Shown: piece after piece, positions 48,513-57,459 of the stretch | Numbering within the stretch: position 1 is the first letter of the stretch | How the letters are laid out: every line of letters starts with the position of its first letter | Source: Chiloscyllium plagiosum | Lineage: Eukaryota | DNA: 57,459 bases | Reading direction: 5' to 3' | Assembly (NCBI RefSeq): GCF_004010195.1 | Contig: NC_057720.1 | Coordinates: 34,778,453 to 34,835,911 of the forward strand | The notes under the pieces: generated by a model | What the model saw: only the letters and a program-made list of their open reading frames with translations | What the model was told of the DNA's origin: nothing | Databases searched by the model: none | Program-made: the position numbers and the translations under genes

Positions 48513-49317
48513 AAGTTCATAGTTCCTTGAAAGTGAAGTCCCAAGTAGTCGGAAAACTGAAGAAGGCATTTGGTGTGCTTGCCTTTGTTGGTGAGGGGTA
48601 TAGGAGTTGGGAGGTCATGTTACGACTGTACACGACATTGGTTAGGCCATAATTGAAATACTGTATGCAATTCTGGTCTCCCAGTGAAAGGAAGAATGTT
48701 GTAAAACTTGAAAAGGTTCAGAAAAGATTTACAAGGATGTTGACAGGGTTAAAGGATTTGAGCTATAGGGAGAGGCTGAATAGGCTGTGGCTGTTTTGCC
48801 TGGAACGTCAGTGGCTGAGGGGTGACCTTATAGAGGTTTATAAGATCATGAGGGACATGGATTGTGTGAATAACCAAGGTATTTTTCCTGAGTTGGGGGA
48901 GTCCAAAAATTAGAGTTCATAGGTTTAATGTGAGAGGGGAAAAATTTAAAAAGGACCTAAGAGGCAACTTTTTCATGCAGAAGGTGGTATATGTAAGGAA
49001 TGAACTGACAGAGGAAGTGATGGCGACTGGCAAAATTGCAAGATTCAAAAGGCATCTGGATGGGTATATGAATACAGTCATAAGAGATGTACAGCACAGA
49101 AACAGACCATTCGGTCCAACCTGTCCATGCCGACCAGATATCCCTACCCAATCCCATCTGCCAGCACTTGGCCCATATCCTTCTAATAGGAAGAGTTTAG
49201 AGGGGTATGGGCCTAGTGCTGGCAAATGGAACTTGATTACTTTAAGATATCTGGTCAGCATGGGCAAGTTGGACCGAAGGATCTGCTGCTGTTCTGTACA
49301 TCTCTATGATTCTATAA
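48513..49317 (+). mobile_element. CR1 3' portion containing an inverted CR1 tail (about 49075-49184)
   Basis: ORF 48653-48913 (YCMQFWSP...LRGDLIEVYKIM); an opposite-strand tail is inserted between two AATA copies. Confidence 0.9.
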
Positions 49318-49581
49318 AGTGGTTAAAAGAATTTAAGTCAGCTTCAACAGCTGCCATGGCTTTTACAGTCAAACTTGAACCAGTTTTTTTAGTGGTGGAC
49401 TAAGCAGAACTGGGATGGAGTGAAGGTTCTTTTGTTTCATTTTATAGCAAGGCAGGCTGCAGCCTTTCATTCCTGGTTCAGTACAGCAGCCCTTTAACTG
49501 GAACACCTCCGGTCATCTTCCTGTTGTAAACTTTCTCTCTTGATTCCTCTTCCTGTTTTTTAAACACAAATGGCTGCTTTC

Positions 49582-49830
49582 AAATCCAGGTTATATATAA
49601 GAGGAACATGAGGGGTCAACCCTCAATAACTTCCTTGTTTTGATGCAAGTAATTTTCTGTCTTTGAAGCTTTAAACACTTTCTAGTCTAGATCCATGTCT
49701 TAATTTTAATATGATACTTTATCAAATGCCTGCAAAGTCATGAAATATTTAACATATGTCTCATCACATCAGTGGAAAAAAACATTTATTTTAGTGATAC
49801 AATGAATTTGTATTAAAGATATCACCAATA
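49582..49830 (+). repeat. Second copy of the ~250-bp duplication, fused to a Penelope end
   Basis: Direct repeat of 47742-47989, immediately followed by pLTR sequence. Confidence 0.95.
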
Positions 49831-49967
49831 GATGATTTTCCTGATGATGGGCTTTTGCCCAAAACGTCGATTTTCCTGCTCCTCGGATGCTGCCTGACCT
49901 GCTGTGCTTTTCCAGCACCACTCTAATCTAGACTCTGGTTTCCAGCATCTGCAGTCCTCACTTTTGC
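49831..49967 (+). mobile_element. Penelope pLTR 3' end with hammerhead motif (G12 mutated)
   Basis: TTC-CTGATGA-TGGGCTTTTGCCC-AAAACGTCGA...CCAGCATCTGCAGTCCTCACTTTTGCC. Confidence 0.9.
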
Positions 49968-50156
49968 CTGCTTTCAAAAATTGACAAATCATACCTCCAA
50001 CTCACATATTCTTTACCTAGGTCTGGGGCACAACCCTATCCATTTGCTTATGTGGTTCTCGTTGTCAGGTTGCAGAGTGATAGAAGCTATTCACAATGCA
50101 GGGAACCTGAATATTCCTGGGGCACCATTGCTAAGTAGTTTGTATACCATTGGAAA

Positions 50157-50670
50157 TAGAATCATAAGGTCATAGAGATGTACAGCATGGAAACAGACCT
50201 TTCAGTCCAACTCGTCCATGTCCAACAAGATATCCCAACCCTATCTAGTCCCACCTGCCAGCACCTGGCCCATATTCCTCCAAACCCTTCCTATTCATAT
50301 ACCCATCCAGATGCCTTTTAAATGTTGCAATTGTACCAGCCTCCACCACTTCCTCTGGCAGCTCATTCCATACCCGTACCACCCTTTGTGTGAAAACATT
50401 GCCCCTTAGGTCTCTTTTATATCTTTCCCCTCTCACCTTAAACCTATATCTTCCATTTCTGGACTCCCCGACCCCAGGGAAAAGACTTTGTCCATTTATC
50501 CTATTCATGCCCCTCATGATTTTGTAAACCTCTATAAGGTCACCCCTCAGCCTCCGATGCTGTAGGGAAAACAGCCCTAACCTATTTAACCTCTCCCTAT
50601 AGCTCAAATCCTCCAACTCTGGCAACATCCTTGGAAATCCTTTCTGAACCCTTTCAAGTTTCAAACATCT
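50157..50670 (-). mobile_element. CR1 (HER1-like) 3' end
   Basis: ORF 50245-50685 (LERVQKGFPRMLPELEDLSYRERLNRLGLFSL..RGDLIEVYKIM..WNELPEEVVEAG). Confidence 0.93.
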
Positions 50671-50726
50671 TTCATTGAACTTCAAAAAGGTGATTTATTT
50701 CTGGGAAGGTTAGTGATGTAATCTCT

Positions 50727-51078
50727 AAATCATGGAATCCCTACAGTTTGGAAGCAGGCCAATTAACCTATCAAATCCACACTGCCCCTCCGAAGAGCAT
50801 CCCATCCAGACTCGCCCCATCCTTGTAATCCTGCATTCCCCACCATTAATCCGCCTAATCTACACATCCATGGACACTATGGTCAATTTAGCTTGACCAA
50901 TCCACCTAACCTGCACATCTCTGGACCATGGGAGGAAACCAGAGCACCCAGAGGAAATCCATGCAGACATGGCGAGAACGTGTAAACTCCACATAAACAG
51001 TCACCAAAGGCTAGAATCGAGCCTTGGTCTCTGGCGCTGTGAGGCAGCAGTGCTAACCACTGAGCCACTGTACTGCCC
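50727..51078 (-). mobile_element. HE1-type SINE
   Basis: tRNA-like head GGGCAGTACAGTGGCTCAGTGGTTAGCACTGCTGCCTCACAGC; homologous to 3385-3700. Confidence 0.9.
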
Positions 51079-52168
51079 TCTGCGAGCCATTTTGCAATAC
51101 GCTATGCCCATTTTCAAGACAGATAAGCTTTCTTTGCAAAATATCCTAATTACAGAGTTGTGACGCATGGAAACCATGAATACTTAAGCCATGCATCTGA
51201 AAAAAATATTATTGGGGATTTCTGCAACTATTTCCACAGCATTTCCTAGAAGCTATCATCACGCCTGCACTTGTGTCACATATCATTGATATTTCACACA
51301 GTCTAGTTTGACAGGGACTTGTTTCAATATTAATGAAAGTTATAAATACTTACCTGCAAAAATGATCCTGTGTAGTGATTATTTATTCAATTCTAGCTGA
51401 ATCAGTTTTTAATTCTTCATTTTTGTGGTTTTATTTTTCAATAATCACAATCATGGCTTTGGAATCAGAAAGCAAAGTGTGCTGGAAAGTGCTGAGCAGG
51501 TCAGAGTTCCTTTGGAGAGAAGGAAACTAAGTTAAGATGGTTCAGGTGATTACCTCTCATCAGTATCCCAGATGCTGCACAAATTAACATTATAAGTCAA
51601 TACTTTTCATCAGAGCCTATACTGTAGCATATGTTTCTCATTAATACAATCAGTTATTATATTCTTAATTTTTCTTTTAACCACTGATCTCCATTATATA
51701 TTTGTACACAAAATATCCCCAGAATAGGACCAGTGATCTACCACTATTTTCAATCTATAACCATGTTGGATTTTTAAAACATGTTAAGGTCTTAATGTCA
51801 AATATTCATATGATGGAATATATGAATGCATTAGTCCATTCACCCTTTTAGCTGTATGTTAAAGTAATAATTGCTGCAGTTTGATGAAAATTAAGAACAC
51901 AGTGGAGTTCTATTCCACCTTGTACAATATAATTCAAGGTAATTTGGAACTCTATAGATAGTAGTACTAATGAGGACTGAGAGGATGAAGCAAGGAGGTA
52001 AGTTCCAAATTCAAAAAGGACATTCCAGGTCAGAAAAATGTCAGAAAACAGCAGTAATAAAGGAGAACATGTGCAATTCCTTCTGGGCATTGAGCCTAAC
52101 AGGTTACAATCTGTTGTATCATTATGTAAAGAACTACTCAAACTGCTAATTATTTGCAATTCAGATGG

Positions 52169-52240
52169 GTACTAAGAATCCAATAATTACGTCAGAGAGA
52201 AACTGTACTAAGAATTCAATAATTACCTCAGAGAGAAACT
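52169..52240 (+). repeat. 36-bp tandem duplication
   Basis: GTACTAAGAAT(C/T)CAATAATTAC(G/C)TCAGAGAGAAACT occurs twice, with two mismatches. Confidence 0.92.
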
Positions 52241-52545
52241 GATATCATCGCCACCAGCTGACAGCAGAAAGGTGGGGTGGTGCTGGTCTGTTTCTATTGC
52301 CGACAGCCTGTAAGGTGTAAGCATAATGGTGTAGCAGTGCGTGAAGTGCTGCATAAATTCATTGCAGTCTCCTCCTCTCCCTTCATGATCCATAGCCAAT
52401 GAAAGATTGGGTGGACAGTGCCAGATTTCAATCTCAGGATGTCAGTCCAGTTCACAACCTCTAGAGTTTTGTTAGAAATAGTAGGTCAAGGAAAACAACT
52501 CTCTATTTGCCTCTACACAGCTAGGGATTGAACATGGGGAGGAGA

Positions 52546-53752
52546 AAGGCAGCATCTGAGAAGCAGGAGAATCGATGTTTTGGGCATAAGCCCTTCATCA
52601 GGAATCTGGTGTGGGGGGAGGGGGCTCAAAGATAAATAGGAGGGTGGTGGTGAGACAGGAAGGAAGGTAGATGGGAATGCGATAGGTAGATGGAGGTGGA
52701 GAATGATGGTGATAGGTGGGAGCAAATAGGTGGAGAGGAATATGGACAAGAGATTAGATTACCCACAGTATGGAAACAGGCTCTTCAGCCCAACAAGTCC
52801 AAACAGCAACCCGCCCAGACCCATTCCCCTAACCTATATTTAATCCTGACTAACACAGCTAACACTATGAGCAATTTAGCATGGCTAATTCACCTGACCT
52901 ACATATCTTTGGACTGTGGGAGGAAACTGGAGCACCCAGATGAAACCCACCAAATACAATGAAAACATGCAAACTGCACACAGACAGTCACCTGTAGCTG
53001 GAATCGAACCCAGATCCCTGGTGCTGTGAGGCAGCAGTGCTAACCACTGAGCCACCGTGCCACCCTGAAGCAGTACCGATTTGGAGTGTTGGATCTGGGA
53101 TGAAGTGGTAGGAACAGAAATGAGGAAACTGGTGAAATCGACATTGATGCTGTGTGGTTGGAGGGCCCCAAGGCAGAAAATGAGGCACTCTTCCTCCGGG
53201 GGTCAGGTGGCTAGGAGTTGGCAGTGGAGGAGACGCAGGACTTGCATGTTCCTGGCAGGGTGGGAGATGGTGTTGAAGTGGTTGGCCACAGGTCACTGGA
53301 GTTGTTTGGTGCGTCTCCCAGAGATGTTCCCTGAAAAGTTCCATGAACTGGTGACTTGTCTCCCCAAGATAGAGGAGACCACATTGAGAGCAACAAACAC
53401 AGTAGATGAGGTGTTTGGATGTGTAGGAAAATCTCTGTCAGGTGTGGAAGGATCCTTTGGGGCCTTGGATCGTGGTACCACCCTCTTGAACTATCCTACC
53501 TGTCCAGCTTCCTTCCCACCTATCCAATCCACCCTCTGCTCCAACCTATCACCATCACCCCCCACCTTCTTCTACCTATCACCTTCCTAGCTACCTTTCC
53601 CCAGCTCCACACCTACACCCCCCACCCCCCCGCATTTATCTTTCAGCTCCCTTCCCACTCTCCACATTTCTGATGATGGACGTATGCCTGAAACATCGAT
53701 TCCTCGGATACAGCCTGATCTGCTGGGCTTTTCCAGCGTCACACGTTTTGAC
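52546..53752 (-). mobile_element. Penelope-like element (minus GIY-YIG fragment plus inverted plus-strand pLTR), interrupted by HE1
   Basis: 53066-53470 is a decayed reverse complement of 43850-44240; hammerhead boxes at about 52595-52601(-) and 53670-53676(+). Confidence 0.85.
52752..53065 (-). mobile_element. HE1-type SINE nested in Penelope
   Basis: Minus head GGGTGGCACGGTGGCTCAGTGGTTAGCACTGC; (AATCT)n tail at the left. Confidence 0.9.
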
Positions 53753-54088
53753 AGGGATCAAATACAACAAACAGCTCTCCCCACTAACATGGCCCCAAAG
53801 CTGTAGCTTGACTGCAATAATAAATATTACACGTATCTACATTAAGCTGCAAGGTTGCATTTAACTCAGAGCAGATTTTCAGAAGAATGGTTCCAGTAAA
53901 TTGATTTTCCACCAGCCACAGGCAACAGGAAGCCACTGTGATTGTAACCTCCAGCTTTACTTAAGACTATTTGGTCCATTCTTCACTAACTATGGGAACT
54001 CATTCCAAGGAACTGGCAGCAAGGGAGGTTGGACAGATCTAGACTACCTACTCACTGTCATGCAGGTGCCAAGACTGTGGGTGGTCAG

Positions 54089-54193
54089 AAGGTCAGGCAG
54101 CATCCAAGGAGCAGGATGCTGCCTGACCTGCTGCGCTTTTCCAGCAACACATTTTCAGCTCTGATCTCCAGCATCTGCAGTCCTCCCTTTCTC
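54089..54193. mobile_element. Penelope-like foldback mini-insertion
   Basis: Hairpin AGGTCAGGCAGCATCC / GGATGCTGCCTGACCT; 14-bp TSD CTGTGGGTGGTCAG at 54075-54088 and 54194-54207. Confidence 0.9.
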
Positions 54194-54556
54194 CTGTGGG
54201 TGGTCAGGCCAAGGATAGGGGAAGCTATGACTTTTACTATTAGGAGTTTTCCCTGGCCTCACAAAGGAAACATTACGACTTACTTGGAGAAAATTCTTGT
54301 TGTACACAATAAGATAAATGTCTTTAAACAAAGTCTAAGCCCAAACGTATTGAGTTTCATTTCAGTTGAGCACAGTTTACAAAGCTCACACCTCATCCAT
54401 TACTAGCACCCATACTTATCAAATCATTTCATACCAAATTAAGCCTCAATTAATATATCCATCACCTGTTCCCTTGTTCCATTTGGACTCAGTACCCCTT
54501 TAAACCATATTAGATGATAGCAGATGCTTTTCCTTCTTGTTAAATAAATTTATATT

Positions 54557-54593
54557 ATGTATATATATATGTATATATATATATATATATATA

Positions 54594-54625
<32 letters not shown>
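54557..54625. repeat. Interrupted (TA)n microsatellite
   Basis: Directly visible TA run with TG/CA interruptions. Confidence 0.95.
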
Positions 54626-54924
54626 CTTTTTAAAAAGCAGAATATGCTACATTAAAACAGCTCATGTCCTTTTATTAGCTGTTGATTTGCAAGTTCAGCA
54701 AATTGCTGCAAGTTCAATACCACCAGCATATGTTGAAAGAATTCGGACTGTTAAGAGTACTTCAAAAATAAACTTGAAACTATAATCAATCTCGGACTAA
54801 CACGTTTATATTTTGTTGCTTAGACGAGCAAAGCCAACAGCAAACCATAGAAAGGAGTATAGATCAGAAGCACTGCATTCATTAATGAAGACTGCAATAA
54901 TGTATACTTGGAATCGTAGCAACT

Positions 54925-55855
54925 TTACGGTACAGAAAGAGGATATGCAGCATATTGTATCTGTGCTGACTGAATAAATCTTCCTAATCCCACTTCCCAG
55001 CACCTTTGAGGTTACAGAACTTTGGATACAAATCTAGGTTCATTTTAAATAACCACCAATCTGGGCAACCAATTTCAGGCTTCCATCATCTGCTGGGTGA
55101 AAATTTCTTTTCTCATGTCACTTCTCATCATTCTACCAATCACCATGCCTCCTTGAAATTGACCTCCAAGCTGGGAGAAACAAGTCTTCCCTGCCCCCTA
55201 ACCAAGTCCCTTGATATTTTGTCAATCTCAATTAAGTCACTTCTCAGCATCCTCGGTTCTGGCAAAATTCTTGCAAATCTCTTCCATACTCTCTCTAGAG
55301 CAAATAGTTTCACATTCTGTGTGTTCATATTCGATTCTTTGCCCAACAAAGGAAAACATTCCATAAGCTTTGTTACCACCTTACCTACCTGTCCTGTCAG
55401 CTTCAGGGACTTGTTAACTTGCATTCCAAAGTCTCTCACTCCCTCTACTTCTCTCAATATCCTCCCATTGTTGTGTATTCTCTTGCTTTGTTTGTTCTCC
55501 CAAATACATTCACCATTTGTCACTTTTCTGCTCTCTCAACCAAACCATTGAAATCCTTCAACATTCAATAGTCCTAGTCAATTTTTATGTCATCTGCAAA
55601 TTTCCTAATCATGCCTCCTACATTTAAGTTTAAATCGTTAACGTATACTACAAACAACAAGGGATTCAACACTGAGCACTGTGGTGCACCTCTGCACCAC
55701 TTCCCATTCATCAAAAACACGATAGGCCATTCCCCTTTGTTTTCCATCACTGAGTCAATTTTGGATCCAATTCACTACATTCCCCAAGGGCTATAACTTT
55801 TCTAACCAATTTGCAATGGGGGACCTCATCAAATGTCTTACTAAAAATCTATGTG
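54925..55855 (-). mobile_element. Old CR1 RT/3' fragment
   Basis: ORF 55140-55523 (GRILREVEGVRDFGMQVNKSLK); minus-strand SGAPQCSVL and KFADD remnants at about 55585-55695. Confidence 0.8.
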
Positions 55856-56134
55856 GTACTGTTAAATTTAGAGTCTTCTCGTTATCCAGAAGTATCCAGG
55901 GTAAGAAAAATTAGAAAAAAAGAGTCTATGAAAATCTCAAAAATGTTATACTTTCGGAAGCCTAGAGGAGTTTTGAAAGTACAGGGATGAAATGGTAATT
56001 ATTGAAATGGGATGTACTGTTATTTGGGAAGGCACAGATTAATCTGAGATAGTTAGTATGGTTTAGTTATGGGAAATGTTTACTAACTTAACTTTTTGAG
56101 GAAGTAGCAAGGCAGATAAAGGTTAGTTTCACAA

Positions 56135-57459
56135 CATCTTTCCAAATACATGTGCATCCTGTCCCTCGGGATTCCCTCCAACAACTTGCCCACCACTGAG
56201 GTCAAGCTTACCGGTCTATAGTTCCCTAGCTTGTCTTTACCGCCCTTCTTAAACAGTGGCACCACGTTTGCCAACCTCCAGTCTTCCGGCACCTCATTGT
56301 GATTATCAATGATACAAATATTTCAGTAAGAGGCCCAGCAATCACTTCACTAGCTTCCCACAGAGTTCTTGGGTACACCTGATCAGGTCCTGGGGATTTA
56401 CCTTCTTTTAACCATTTCAAGACATCCAGCACTTCCTCCTCAGTAATCTGGACATTTTGCAAGATGTCACCATCTATTTCCCTACAGTCTACATCTTCCA
56501 TATCCTTTTCCACAATAAATACTGGTGCAAAATATTCATTTAGTATCTCCCCCATTATCTGTGGCTCCGCACAAAGGCCGCCTTGCTGATCTTTGAGGGG
56601 CCCTATTCTCTCCCTAGTTACCTTTTTGTCCTTAATATATTTGTAAAAACCCTTTGGATTCTCCTTAATCCTATTTGCCAAAGCTATCTCATGTCCCTGT
56701 TTTGCTCTCCTGATTTCCCTCTTAAGTATACTCCTACTTTCTTTATACCCTTCTAAGGATTCACTCAATCTATCCTGTCTATTGCTGACATATGCTTCCT
56801 TCTTTTTCTTAATCACACCCTCAATTTCTTTAGTCATCCAGCATTCCCTATACCAACCAGCCTTCCCTTTCACCCTGACAGGAATATACTTTCTCTGGAT
56901 TCTTGTTATCTCATTTCTGAAGGCTTCCCGTTTTCCAGCCGTCCCTTTACCTGCGAACATCTGCCTCCAATCAGCTTTCGAAAGTGCTTGCCTAATACCA
57001 TCAAAATTGGTCTTTCTCCAATTTAGGACTTCAACTTTTAGATCTGGTCTATCCTTTTCCATCACTATTTTAAAACAAATAGAATTGTGGTCGCTGGCCC
57101 CAAAGTGCTCCCCCACCGACACCTCAGTCACCTGCTGTGCCTTATTTCACAAGAGCAGGTCAAATTTTGTACCTTCTCTAGTAGGTACATCCATATACTG
57201 AATCAGAAAATTGTCTTGTACACACTTAAGAAATTCCTCTCCATCTAAACCTTTAACACTGTGGCAGTCCCAGTTGATGTTCAGAAACTTAAAATCCCCT
57301 ACCATAACTACCCTATTATTCTTACAGATAGCTGAAATCTCCTTACAAGTTTGTTTCTCAATTTCCCTTTGACTATTGGGGGTCTATAATACAATCCCAA
57401 TAATGTGACCATCCCTTTCTTATTTCTCAGTTCCACCCAAATAACTTCCCTGGATGTAT
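56135..57459 (-). mobile_element. CR1 (HER1-like) ORF2, endonuclease to start of RT, continuing beyond the window
   Basis: ORFs 56226-57131 (GEHFGASDHNSI...KENPKGFYKYI...KSPGPDQVYPR) and 56083-56292 (ANVVPLFKKGGKDKLGNYRPVSLTS); one frameshift; overlaps the family at 41760. Confidence 0.95.

Noticed and set aside
47742..49830. 250-bp direct repeats read as LTRs of a TRIM or LTR element
   Set aside because: No TG..CA termini, primer-binding site or polypurine tract. The TSD instead encloses only the second copy plus the Penelope end.
54679..54930. Two plus-strand acceptor-like sites followed by short open frames
   Set aside because: Donors are weak or absent and no homology is recognisable.

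Overview
This is eukaryotic, repeat-dense DNA, most consistent with a cartilaginous fish (shark), because it carries HE1-type tRNA-derived SINEs and HER1/CR1 LINEs. I found no host protein-coding exon I could identify, so the window is probably intergenic or deep intronic. Nearly all recognisable ORFs in the track are transposon fragments or their antisense shadows. LINE content: many CR1 pieces, a second CR1/L2-clade family (one copy appears to carry a tRNA/SINE-like head fused to its endonuclease), one Rex1/Babar LINE, and two non-autonomous elements, one ending in a Rex1-like tail. Other repeats: HE1 and old Deu-type SINEs, a solo LTR, a decayed Gypsy gag-protease, and two pogo/Tigger-like MITEs. 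There are also many Penelope-like (GIY-YIG) insertions with foldback ends, 8-15 bp target duplications and minimal hammerhead-ribozyme motifs, plus fossils of a two-gene PIF/Harbinger system (one DDE transposase, three intron-containing Myb/SANT gene copies). The most unusual single observation is a Penelope insertion at about 49.6-50.0 kb whose target duplication also encloses a ~250 bp copy of unique sequence from 1.84 kb upstream, suggesting local template capture. Family names come from recalled consensus motifs, not a database search. Boundaries of old elements are approximate. Two assembly gaps are present.
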